Below the pieces are notes generated by a model. It had not been told where the DNA came from, ran no database searches, and was given only the letters and a program-made list of their open reading frames with translations. This document shows, piece by piece, positions 23,578 to 34,569 of a DNA stretch of 44,979 nucleotides (position 1 is the first letter of the stretch; every line of letters starts with the position of its first letter). The position numbers and the translations under genes were made by a program. This DNA comes from Chiloscyllium plagiosum (Eukaryota): positions 11,254,315-11,299,293 of the forward strand of contig NC_057753.1 in the NCBI RefSeq assembly GCF_004010195.1, in the 5' to 3' direction.

Positions 23578-24159
23578 TATTAGATATAAAATATTGCAAT
23601 ACTTCACAGAGTGCTGTAGAAGGGTCACAGGCAATATTGTGTCCGAGAACCTGTGTAAACCTCTGAGATAATCACATATAAAATGTGGTCATATGCAATC
23701 ATTGGTTAGGTTTTTTTTAATGTGTGTTGGTGTGTATTTGGATCCTGGGGTTATTTGGATCCTGGGGTTTTGTCTTGCTCAGTGATGGTTTGGCCATAGA
23801 GGAAGGGGAGTAAGGGTACTAACTAATCTTTTTATCAAATCCAGCATCTTGACCAAGAGCTTCGCTTCTTCTTAGTGATTGTCATCTGACAAAGAATCAA
23901 CCTACCCAGCATTTATACGGACCCATGCCTGAACGATTGTGCCTGAATGCTGGAAATTCTTTTTTAAAAAAAAAATTATTGATCATATTTTTTGTTCTCC
24001 CTGCATGGCAAATTGGACATGTTTGATTTTTCTTTTCTTGCAAGTGTTGTGAAACGTAAGTTCTTCATTGATCTGTTATCTATGTTTGTGAGTCAGACTG
24101 CTGGCCATCATCTCCCGGTCCAGCTTTGCAGTCTGCCGGTTGTTTGGCTCTGCACCCAT

Positions 24160-24249
24160 CTGAAGAAAGGCTTATGCCCGAAAAGTCGATTCTCCTGTTC
24201 CTCGGATGCTGCCTGGCCTGCTGTGTTTTTCCAGCACCACATTTTTCAA
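24160..24249 (+). mobile_element. Short Penelope-like insertion beginning at a degenerate hammerhead core
   Basis: CTGAAGAAAGGCTTATGCCCGAAAAGTC; 14-bp direct repeat ctctgcacccatct at 24148-24161 and 24250-24263. Confidence 0.75.
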
Positions 24250-24399
24250 CTCTGCACCCATCTTCCAGTCCGCTGGCTGTTAGTTCCAGTCTGGGTTTTC
24301 AGAATTACCATAATTGTTTTTTTTATTATTCAGTTGGGCTTCTGCTCATGACAGGGTATGAATTTTGACAGGCACGAATTTCAGCCCCTCAAAAGTAGT

Positions 24400-24475
24400 A
24401 TCCATGTAATAGTCGACCCCCTAAATTTAACCTTAAAATGTAGTCAAAAAATTACTATTACTCAAGTATATACGG
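24400..24475. mobile_element. Possible Tc1/mariner (Tc2-like) DNA transposon end
   Basis: Reverse complement CCGTATATACTTGAG resembles the CCGTATATACTCGAG terminal repeat, with an internal tagtcgaccccc; no partner end seen. Confidence 0.4.
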
Positions 24476-24734
24476 GATAAATTAATTAATGTTAATTGCT
24501 TCTTTGCTTACGCTATTTCGGCTTATGGAAGGTTTCTTGGGAAAGCACTACTTATGGATAGTGGGGGAAACCTGTATCAATACAATACAGCACAGTCACA
24601 GGCCCTTCTTATTTGGTTTAGGCACCCCCACCTCCGAGCCTGTGCCAATTCTTAATCCTTACTTAGACCCACTATTTATTGCCCATGCACAGTTTCTGTT
24701 CGCCTCCCGTTCGTATATCAATCAAGATACGCTT

Positions 24735-25213
24735 GGTAGTCATGATTTGGAGATGCTGGGGTGTACAGTTAAAAATCATACAATACCAGGTTATAGTCAT
24801 GAATCCATGTAAGACTTTGTTAGCTCACTTTTTAGATTAGAATCAGTCTAAACATTATGGCACAGACAGGGAACACAGGGGGCTAACACCATCAACATCG
24901 TATCTGGCCTGACACCAATTGTTACAGTTAACCTGAGAATGTAACTTTTTTAAAAAAAGTTTTGTGATTTACAAATGAAAGAAGTGAAACTATCATGGTC
25001 ATTCTAACAGATGAGAGACTCAACAGACAATCAAAATATTTTTCAATGTTTTATTTCAGTTACATCACACTGTAAAATTTTGCTATAAATTCTGTGTCTT
25101 ACAATTGTGTCCTCCACAATCACCTGATGAAGCGGCGTGCCGAAAGCTAGTGTGTTTCCAATTAAACCTGTTGGACTATAACCTGGTGTTGTGTGATTTT
25201 TTTAACTTTGTAC
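24735..25213 (+). mobile_element. Penelope-like pseudo-LTR with inverted terminal segment
   Basis: Homologous in reverse to 16000-16300; ~36-bp inverted repeat at 24762-24798 and 25175-25213; hammerhead motif at 25124. Confidence 0.75.
25124..25149 (+). ncRNA. Minimal hammerhead motif, second family (stem II damaged)
   Basis: CAC-CUGAUGA-AGCGGCGUGCC-GAAA-GCUA-GUG; AGCU palindrome; 3-bp stem I CAC/GUG. Confidence 0.6.
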
Positions 25214-25214
25214 A

Positions 25215-26945
25215 GCACTGGTAGTGTGTTCCAGGCACCCACCATCCCTCTGTGAAAAACCTTCCCTTCCACTTCTCCCGTAGACTGACCCCTCTCGCCT
25301 TGAACCTGTGCCCTCTTGTAGTTGACTATTCCACCCTGGGGGAAAAGAAAAAAGCCTTTGACAATCATAGAATCCCAACAGTGTGGAAAAGACCATTCAA
25401 TGCAACATATGCGCACCGACCCTCTGAAGAGTAACTCACCCAGACCCATTTCCCCTACTCTTATTACACAACATTGACTCATGACTAATGCACCCTAAGC
25501 TGTGCATCCTGGACACTATGGGTAAGTTACCTTGGCCAATCCACTTTGGACTGTGGGAGGAAACCAGAGCACCTGGAGGAATCCCACGGAAACGTGGGGG
25601 GAGAATGAACAAACTCCACAGACAGTTGCCCTGTGGCTGGAATCGAACCCAGGTCCCCTAGTACTGTGAAGCAGCAGTGCTAACCACCATGCCACCCCTA
25701 TCTGGCTGATCTGTGTCTCTCATCATTTTGACGAGGCTGTCCCTCAGCCTCGATCTTTCCAGTGAAAACAATCTGCATTTATCCCACCTCTGCTTGTTAT
25801 GAGAGTCCTCCAGACCAGGCAACATCCTGGTGAACCTTCTCTGCGCCCTCTCCCATAGTATCCATGTCCTTCCAGTAGCATGGCGACCAGAACTGCACAC
25901 ATTTCAAATGTGAGTGGAATAAACAGCTATAACATAACTTGCCAACTGTTACACTCAAAGAAGGCAGGTGTGCTGTGTGCCTTCTTGACCACTGTACCCA
26001 CCTCTGTTGCCACTTTCAGGGATCTATGCGCCCAGATCCCTCTGCATGCCAGTGCTTCTAAGAGCTCTGCAATTTACTGTACAATTCTTGTGTTTCCTTC
26101 TATTCCTTTCTCCCTCGTATCTGTATCCAACTCCTCTCTTCATCTCTTTGCCCCCTCCTCATCCCTCCACGCATCGGCGAATCAGAACACCATAGGAGCC
26201 GAAAGTAGGCCATTCAGCCCAGAGTCTACTCTGCCATTCCGTCATGGCTGTTAAGTTTCTCAACCCCATTCTCCCCGTAACCCTTGATACTCAAGAACGT
26301 ATCTATCTCTGTCTTAAATATGCTCAATGACCTGGCCTCCACAGTCTTCTGTGGCAATGAATTCCATAGATTCATCACTTTCTGGCTGAAGAAGTTTCTC
26401 CTTCTCTCTGTTCCAAAGGGTCTTCCCTTTAGTCTAAGGCTGTGCCCTTGGATCCTAGTCTCTCCTACCAATGGAAACAACTTTCCAACATGAATTCTAT
26501 CTGGGCCGTTCAGTATCTTGCAGATTTCAATTGCATCTCCTCTCATCCTTCTAAACTCCATCGGGTATAGGCCCAGAGTCCTCAAACGTTCCTCATATGT
26601 TAAGCTTTTCATTCCTGGGACCATCCTCCTGAACCTCCTCTGAATGTGTTCCAGGGCCCCATACCTCATCCTTGCTGAGATTATGGGGCCCAAAACTGTG
26701 CACAATACTCCAAATGTGGCCTGACCAGAGCCTCAGAACATCCCTGCTTTTATATTCATCTTGTCAAAATAAATGCCTTTGTTGCATTTGCCTTCCTAAC
26801 TCAGGACTGCAGATGTTGGAGATCAGAGCTTTTCCAGCAACACATTTTTTAACTCTTGACTCAACCCGCATGTTTACCTTGAGACAATCCTGGACTGGAA
26901 CTCCCAAGTCTCTTTGCGGTTTGGATTTCTTAATTTTCTCCCCAT
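25215..26945 (-). mobile_element. Stack of CR1-type LINE fragments and one SINE (25365-25697)
   Basis: ERAQRRFTRMLPGL and ALEHIQRRFRRMVPG...NFFSQKVMNLWNSLP; SINE V-domain on the minus strand. Confidence 0.85.
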
Positions 26946-26964
26946 AATCCTTCTGTTCCAAGGG

Positions 26965-27807
26965 TGACGATCTGGTGTCAGGGCAGCACCAGAGATTTCC
27001 TGACACACAGATTGTATTTGGGGATACCAAGCGATCTGAGGAACTGCCAGTATCTCAGGAAGAATCGTTATTCCTGGAGGAGGCAGAGAGGAATGTGGTG
27101 TGGTCCACTAAACCCCAGAACTTTCCTAACTTCATGAGTCAGCAATAACTCTTCCTGGGCCAAGAAGAAACTGCTACAAAGGAGTTACAAAAAAACCATC
27201 CCTGGGAAGGAGGAGGCAAAACAACAAACCGTTTCTTGGGACAGACAAGATAACTGTGTTTAATGACCTCATGACAGAAGGACAAATAAGTCTGCCTGTA
27301 AAAGGAAGGTCCTGACATAAAGGGGTTAATTGCAGGACAGGTTGTTTCAAACACACAGCTAACCCTCAAGGATAAAAAGGTAGGCTACAGACCCAAGGTC
27401 TCCAGAAGTATAGGGAGGTAGTGTTAGAATCTGAAGAAACATCACATCACAAATTTGAAAGCGAGGAATCTCCACCAGAATTCAACTCCAACAACAATGC
27501 AGCAGTAGTACTTGGAAGAAGTTTTTCCAAGTTCTGCACTTCCAGAAACGGGCACTTTTGGTGCAAACCCAGCTAAATTCTGCCATCAACTGGGTGATAG
27601 CCAAGTTGGTAGGTGAGGCTAAACTTGTTTACTTGAGAGGTTTTAGTTTTGATTGCTATGTGCAAATAAAGTGTAAATCATAGTTTCAGCAGTTGAGTCT
27701 CTGTGTGGTTTCTGAGACAGTAGCCAAATAAAAGTGATTCGCCCACAACCAGAGCGAGAGGCTGGGATTAATATTGACTCCATTGCATTCAGCAGGATCG
27801 CATGTCA
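26965..27807 (+). mobile_element. Possible LTR
   Basis: TGACGATC...GATCGCATGTCA ends and AATAAA at ~27665 and ~27727; no TSD found. Confidence 0.35.
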
Positions 27808-27811
27808 ATAC

Positions 27812-28847
27812 TGTTATAAAGCAAAGGCTGACCTCCATCCCCTGCCACCCCCAACCACCAAGATCTCAAAGTGAAACACCCAAAGGAAAGCGCATTGCCC
27901 TATAATCTCTAAAATTAGCATGAAAAATAGTGTAACCTGCTCTAGTGATAAAAAAAATTGTTGACACTTTAAAATCAACAAAAAGCAATTTATTTATCCA
28001 ACTATAAATGGTGAACAAATGGAGTAAACTATTAACAAACCAAACAAATCCCTCTTAACTACTGACTATACCTGAATGAAATAAGATTCTTGTGGTATGT
28101 TATTCCAATAAATAAGAGTCCCAACGATACAACAAAAATATAGAATTTAGGCTCTCGGATTACAGCCATGTTACATGAGTTCTGGAATATTCAGCACCTT
28201 CTTCAATGGAGTATTCTGTCAGGAATGCCGTTGTCTGTTTTATTTTTTAAAAACAATGCTTTCTCTAATACGCAGATGACTGTTGAAAGCCAACTTCTTT
28301 CTCTAGAGCGGAGGACTCTTAGCTCTAGCAAAGGGGGATTAGATTTGGGGCTCTGTACAAATGTCCCCTTCTTTTCTACATTGATATGTCGATTATTTTT
28401 CCAATGGGGGACTGTAAAAGATAGAGGTTCCAATTCATCTGGGATTGGGGACTTCGCAAATGGCTAACAGGTAATGGCTGGGGCAATAATCAGGGAAAAG
28501 GTTTTCAGGTTTCTTTTCTAAAAAGACTTGTACAATGAAAAGGCAGTTCTCCCTTTTTTCCCCTCGTTTGGTTTGGGTTTTAGCAAGCAATCTGTCCGAA
28601 GCTGCTGGGGGAAGAAAGGTTCCCTGATTCAACAGGTGTTTCTGGCTAACTTTCCTGTAAGAACCTGTGTTTGAACTGACCTTTTTTTGCCAGAGGGGTG
28701 TGTTTATGGGAATGTTGCAGGAAATTGGAACAGCTCCTTTCTCGGTGGCATGTAAATAAATATTGGTTTTCCTGGAAGCTAAGTGGTTTGACCAACTATT
28801 TGGATCTGGGCTACCTGTTTTGAGGAGGTCAGGCCTGGTCGATAACA
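27812..28847 (-). mobile_element. Possible LTR
   Basis: TGTTAT...ATAACA termini and a minus-strand AATAAA near 27990; no TSD found. Confidence 0.35.
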
Positions 28848-28869
28848 CTGTAAACCTGCAAATTGTGTC

Positions 28870-29430
28870 TCCAGGAAGGATGTTGTGAAACTTGAAAAGG
28901 TTCACAAAAGATTTACAAGGATATTGCTGGGGTTGGAGAGTTTTAAGTTATAGAGGCTGAATAAGTTGCAGGTATTTTCCCTGGAGCATCGGAGGTTGAG
29001 GGATAACCTTACAGAGATTTATAAAATCACGAGAGGGGCACAGATGGGTGAAGGAGGGGTGAAGGAATCCAAAACTAGAGGTTTAATATGAGAGGGGAAA
29101 GATTTAAAAGGGACCTAAGGGGCAGCTTTTTCATGCAGAGAGTAGTGTGTATATTGAATGAGCTGCCAGAGGAAGTGGTAGATGTAACACTCCCAGCCCC
29201 ATTCTCCTACCCTATTAATCTATATTTACCCCTGACTAATGCATCACACCTACACATCCACTATGGGACAATTTAGCTTGACCAATTAACCGCTAACCTG
29301 TACAGCCTTGAACTGTGGGAGGAAACAGAGCACCTGGAGGAAACCCACGCAAATAAGGGGCGAGAATGTGCAAACCCCACACAGTCGCACCCAGAGTGGA
29401 ATAGAACCCAGGTATGCCACTGTGCCACCC
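28870..29430. mobile_element. CR1 fragment (+, 28870-29185) and diverged SINE (-, 29190-29430)
   Basis: RGERFKRDLRGSFFMQRVV; SINE V-domain in reverse. Confidence 0.8.
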
Positions 29431-29534
29431 CTGAGCCGTTGTGGGGGGTGGGCTGGGCTGGGTGCAGTCCAGCAGAAACCAAAAAAAACCCATCGACTCT
29501 GCCACCACACCCACTGTCGGAACGGGCAGGAGGT

Positions 29535-30962
29535 TCAGTCTGGGGTGTGACCCAGAGCATTGTCACTGGCAGAATCTGATCTTTGGGAGCGCTGGTGTCC
29601 CTGCTGGTGTTTCCGCAAGTTGCAGGACAATGTGAACCTCCGCCCACACTCAGGGCAGGCAAACGGCCTCTCCCCGGTGTGGACCCGCTGGTGCCTCAGC
29701 AGGTCAGAGGAATTGCTGAAGGCCTTCCTGCACTCCGGGCAGGGGAAGGGCCGCTCGCCAGTGTGGACCCGCTGGTGGGCCAGGAGGGCGGAGGCCTGGG
29801 TGAAGCCCTTCCTGCACTTGGGGCAGCTGAAGGGCTTCTCGCCTGTGTGGACCCGCCGGTGGGTCAGTAGGTTAGAGAAGCGGGTAAAGCCCTTCCCACA
29901 CTCAGGGCAAGAGTACGGCCTTTCCCCAGTGTGGATGTGCTGGTGCCTCAGCAGGCTGGAGGAATTGCTGAACGCCTTCCCGCACATGGAACAGCTGAAG
30001 GGCCTCTCCCCAGTGTGGACCCGCTGGTGGGTCTGGAGGTGGGAGGACTGGGTGAAGGCCTTTCCGCACTCAGGGCAGCTGAAGGGCCTCTCCCCCGTGT
30101 GGACCCGCCGATGCCGCAGCAGGTGGGAGGAGACAGCAAAGCCCTTCCCACACTCGAGGCAGGGGAATGGCTTCTTGCCTGTGTGGACCCGCCAGTGGGT
30201 CTGGAGGTGGGAGGCCTGGCTGAAGCCCTTCCTGCACTCGGGGCATGAGAACAGCATCACCCTGGTGTGGACCCGCCCGTGCGCCACAAGGGTGGAGGCA
30301 TGGGTAAACCCCTTCCCGCACTCAGGGCAATGGAAGGGCCTCTCCCCTACGTGGACCCGCCAGTGCCTGAGCAGGCCTGAGGACTTGCTGAAGGCCTTCC
30401 CGCACTTGGGGCAGGAGAACGGGCTCTCCCCAGTGTGGATCCGCCGGTGGGTTAGCAGGACAGAGGAATCACTGAAGGCCTTCCCGCACTTAGGGCGGGA
30501 GATTGGCTTCTTGCCCGTGTGGACCTGCCGATGTCTCAGTAGATTGGAGGAATTGTTGAAGGCCTTCCTGCACTCAGGACAGTGGAAGGGCCTCTCCCCC
30601 GTGTGGATCCGCCTGTGGGCTAGTAGGTCGGAGGAATTGCTGAAGGCCTTCTTGCACTTGGGGCAAGAGAACGGCCTCTCCCCTGTGTGGACCCGCATGT
30701 GCCTCAGCAGGTTGGAGGAATCGCTGAAGGCCTTTCTGCACTCAGGGCAGCTGAAGGGCCTCTCCCCGGTGTGGACCCGCTGGTGGTCCAGCAGGTGGGA
30801 GGAGCGAGTAAAGCCCTTCCCGCACTCAGGGCAAGAGAATGGCCTCTCCCCGGTGTGACTGCGCCGATGAATCTCTAGGGCAGACGGCACACAGAAGCCT
30901 TTCCCGCAGTCACCGCACTTCCACGGTTTCTCCACGGGGCGGGATTCCTCGGGTTTCTCCAT
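29535..30962 (-). CDS. C2H2 zinc-finger protein, 475 aa, 16 tandem fingers (finger 6 degenerate)
   Basis: Open frame from ATG in GCCATGG context (MEKPEESRP) through CxxC...HxxxH repeats with TGERP linkers to a stop. The frame is open upstream to 31055 without an ATG. No effector domain is visible. Confidence 0.93.
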   Translation of the reverse strand: MEKPEESRPVEKPWKCGDCGKGFCVPSALEIHRRSHTGERPFSCPECGKGFTRSSHLLDHQRVHTGERPFSCPECRKAFSDSSNLLRHMRVHTGERPFSCPKCKKAFSNSSDLLAHRRIHTGERPFHCPECRKAFNNSSNLLRHRQVHTGKKPISRPKCGKAFSDSSVLLTHRRIHTGESPFSCPKCGKAFSKSSGLLRHWRVHVGERPFHCPECGKGFTHASTLVAHGRVHTRVMLFSCPECRKGFSQASHLQTHWRVHTGKKPFPCLECGKGFAVSSHLLRHRRVHTGERPFSCPECGKAFTQSSHLQTHQRVHTGERPFSCSMCGKAFSNSSSLLRHQHIHTGERPYSCPECGKGFTRFSNLLTHRRVHTGEKPFSCPKCRKGFTQASALLAHQRVHTGERPFPCPECRKAFSNSSDLLRHQRVHTGERPFACPECGRRFTLSCNLRKHQQGHQRSQRSDSASDNALGHTPD

Positions 30963-31210
30963 GGCCGAAGCTTCAGCCGCACACAAACGTGTGTCCAGCC
31001 CCTCCCCGGTGTGAATTCCTCTTTCCAGACTGTATAACTGTTTCAGGCTCCACACTCAGGGCACTGCAATGGTAGGGTCTCTCATCCAGTCCCACTGATG
31101 CTGGGAATGTACTGAAACAGGAACCAAAAATCCTTGCTCCTTTTCTCACAGAATCAGAGGAAAATCGTTGCAGTCCTGATGGATTGAGTGACTGTCAGAC
31201 ATTGACGTGA

Positions 31211-31335
31211 AAATGAGGACTGCAGACATGGGAGAGTCAGAGTCGAAAAATGCGGTGCTGGAAAAGCACAGCAGAGGGGGGTCAGGCAGCATCCGAGGAA
31301 GAGAGTCAACATTTTGGGCATAAGCCTTTCATCTG
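31211..31335 (-). mobile_element. Penelope-like fragment with inactivated hammerhead, upstream of the ZNF ATG
   Basis: Minus strand CAGATGAAAGGCTTATGCCCAAAATGTTG followed by the family tail; absent from the paralogous 39385-39460. Confidence 0.7.
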
Positions 31336-31373
31336 TTGATTTTGAAACTTGCGTCTTCAGATCTTCAAATATT

Positions 31374-31405
31374 CTGTAAAAAGAGGTTAAAAATGTCACT
31401 GTCAG
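31374..31405 (-). promoter_or_regulatory. Candidate splice acceptor of the ZNF exon
   Basis: Minus strand CTGAC branch-like motif, pyrimidine tract and TTTTACAG; a paralogous TTTCCACAG lies near 39455. Confidence 0.55.
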
Positions 31406-31819
31406 TCCAGGGTAGAAATTCAGAACAAGCAATTCTACTTTCTGCGGAACATTCTTTTCTTTTGTTATTCCACAAAATTGAAAGCAACATCCCACTCTCT
31501 CCCTCTGTTCTCACTCCGCTCTAACTAATTCTGCTGAAGGTGCTGATTCAGGGTCTTGTATGGACAGAAAGGCAAAAACGACAAACTGACATCTTTTGAA
31601 TTTTGGATAACTCCACATGCAATTTAATATCTTTCACGACATTTGGGATACTGCGGAGAGTGAGCGGGTCTGATTTTGGGAAGCAAAAAGTGTCAATTCA
31701 GGATGAACCTGCAACGCAGCTTCTTCAAAATCAACCAGACACAAAATGGAAATGAGACATCAAGGCACTGGCACCAGAGAGAATCTGAACATACAGATGT
31801 GACAAACGTTAGTGGCAAG

Positions 31820-33745
31820 CCAGAGTCAGAAATATACAGCACAGAAACAGTTCAACTCATCCATGCCAATTAGATTGCCTAACTAATCAATTCCCATGTG
31901 CCAGTACTTGTCCCATATGCCCCTAAACCCATCCGGATGTCTTTTAAATGTCACTATTTTACCAGCCTCCACCCAGCATATGCATGGGTTTCCTCCGGGT
32001 GCTCCAGTTTCCTCCCACATTCCAAAGATGTGCTAAATTGCCCATAGTGTTAGGTGCATTATTCCAGGGTATGTCTAGGGTAGAGGAATGAATCTGGGTG
32101 GGTTACTCTTCGGAGAGTCGGTGTGGACTTGTTGGGCCGAAGGGTCCGTTTCCACACTAAGTAATCTAATCCACTACTTCCTCTGGCAGCTCATTCCTTC
32201 CTCTGCATGAAAAAGCTGTCCCTTAGTTCCCTTTTATCCTTTCCCCGGCATCATCCTAAACCTATTACCTTCTATGCCCGAAACGTCAATTCTCCTGTTC
32301 CTTTGGTGCTGCCTGACCTGCTGTGCTTTTCCAGCAACACATTTTTAAGCTCCAGCATCTGCAGTCCTCACTTTCTCCTATTACCTTCTAGTTCTGGACT
32401 CCCCCATCCCAACAAAAAGACCTTATCTGTTTACCCTACTCGTCCCTCTCATGATTTTATAAACAATTTTATAAAGGTCACCCCTCGGCCTCCGGTACGC
32501 TCGGGAAAACAGCCCCAGCTTATTCTGCTCAAACCCTGGCAACATGTAAACCTTTTCTGAATCTTTCAATTTTTACAACATCCTTCCGATAGGAGGAAGG
32601 CCAGAATTGCACACAATATTCCAAAAGTGGCCTAACCAATGTTCTGTACAGCTGCAACGTATCCTCCCAACTCCTATACTCAGAGGATTGGGAATGTTTT
32701 CTAAAACCCTCAAAAGGCAACCAGGAAAGAATGGAGAGACAAACCGAATTTTTGAGTGTCAGCTTGGAAGCATTAACATCTCTGGGCAGGAGTGGGATGG
32801 GGGTAGGAAGCCGAATGTTCTGGAGCCAAGGTGGAGGAAGAACAGAGGATGCAAAAGGTTTGCAGCTGCAATGAGGAATATTGCATGTGCTGTGCTTGTA
32901 CCTGTTGCATTTATTTATGGGAATTGGTGCATTTTAAAAATAAAAACAGAAAAGATTTCTCCCCCTCCCCGATCTCTATTATAACAAGAAATCAGAGCCA
33001 TTATAACACCATGAGATTGATCAGCATAAAATAGGCCATTCGGCCCATCAAGTCTGCTCCGCCATTGGCTAACACATTTTTCAACTCCATTCTCCTGCTT
33101 GATTCCCTTGACAATCAAGAACTTATCTATCTCCGTTTTAAATATACTCAATGACCTGGCCTCCACCGCCTTTTGTGGTAATGAATTCCACAGATTTACC
33201 GCTCTCTGGCTGCAGACATTTCTCCTTACTTCTGTTCCAAAAGTGTTCCCTTTACTCTAAGGCTGTGCCCTTAAGTCCTAGTCTTTCCTGCCATTTGCGA
33301 CATCTTCCCAATAGCCATTCTGTCCAGTAGTCTGCAAGTTTTAATTATATTCCTCCCTCTTCCTTCACTGAGCATAGTTCCAGAGTCATCAAACATTCCA
33401 CATTTGTTCAACCCTGGGAACATTCTCGTGAACCTCCTCTAGACCTGCTCCAGGCCAGGACATCCTTCCTGAGGTATGGGGCCCAAACTTGCTCACAATA
33501 TTTTAAATGTGGTCTGAACAGAACTTTAATAGACCCTCGAAAGTACATTCCTGCTTTTATATTCCAGTCCTCTCGAGATGAATGATAACATTGTGTCTGC
33601 CTTCCTAATCACCGACTCAACCTGCAAGCCTGCTCTGAGAAAGAAATCTGGACTGGGATTTGCAAATCCATTGGTACTTCAGGTTTCCAAATGGGAAGAA
33701 ATTCAGAAAATAGCCCATGCCTCTATTCCTCCTACCCAAGTGCAC
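31820..33745 (-). mobile_element. CR1 fragments (31820-32680, 33020-33745) with a nested SINE (+, 31975-32170) and a Penelope-like fragment (+, 32275-32376)
   Basis: LQLYRTLVRPLLEYCVQFW; the Penelope-like piece is flanked by 14-bp cctattaccttcta (32261-32274, 32377-32390). Confidence 0.8.
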
Positions 33746-34206
33746 GACGAGTTAGAGTGAAAGGTAAGGCTCGTATCTTTAAAGAACTGTGGATGAATAA
33801 AGATATTGAGGCGCTAGTGAAGAATGGAAAAGAATCATATATTCTTGGATTCAAATGAATTTCTTATGGGGGATTTCTTCAAAGGGAGATCAGGAAGGCA
33901 AAAGACAATATGAGATAACCTGATCTACAAAGGCTAAGGATAATCCAAAGAGATTCTCCAAGTACATATGGAGCAAGACAGCAATGAGAGGGAGAGAGAG
34001 AGAGAGAGTTAGGCACCTTAAAGATTAAGGAGGTTATCTGTGTTGAAACTCAGTAGATGGGAGAGATATTAAATGAATATTTCACATCAGCTTTCAGGCC
34101 CCTACACTGCACCTGCTCTGGATGACCAGCGGGCTGGCCCGCACTGTGCTTGCACTGCCCTGCAGCAGAAAGGGAGGAGAGTACAGTTTGCAAAAATCCT
34201 TTCCCT

Positions 34207-34560
34207 TCATAGAATCCCTGCAATGTGGAAGCAGACCCCTCGGCCCAATGGGTCCACACTGACCCTCCAAAAGGATAATCCATCCAGACCCATTCTCCTA
34301 CCCCTATTGCTCTACATTTACCCCTAACTCATGCACCTAACCTGCACATCCCTGGACACTGTGGGTAAATTAGCACTGCCAATCCACACTAATCTACACA
34401 TCCCTGGGCACCATGGGGCAACTTAGCACAGTCAATTCACCCCTAATCTACAAATCCCTGGAAAGCATGAGATAATTCAGCACAGCCAATTCACCTTAAC
34501 CGACACATCCCAGGACATGATGGGGCAATTTAGCATGGCCAACTCACCCTAACCTGCACT
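34207..34560 (-). mobile_element. SINE 3' part with an expanded ~53-bp internal repeat
   Basis: About four copies of cctaacctgcacatccctggacact...gccaatccac. Confidence 0.75.
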
Positions 34561-34569
34561 TCTGAAAAT

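Noticed and set aside
29560..30858. 432-aa ORF antisense to the zinc-finger gene
   Set aside because: Typical shadow ORF produced by GC-rich C2H2 codon repeats; no independent coding signal.
30963..31055. N-terminal extension MWSLKQ... of the 506-aa ORF
   Set aside because: It starts at GTG; the first ATG (30962) has a strong Kozak context and the extension looks like a decayed finger.
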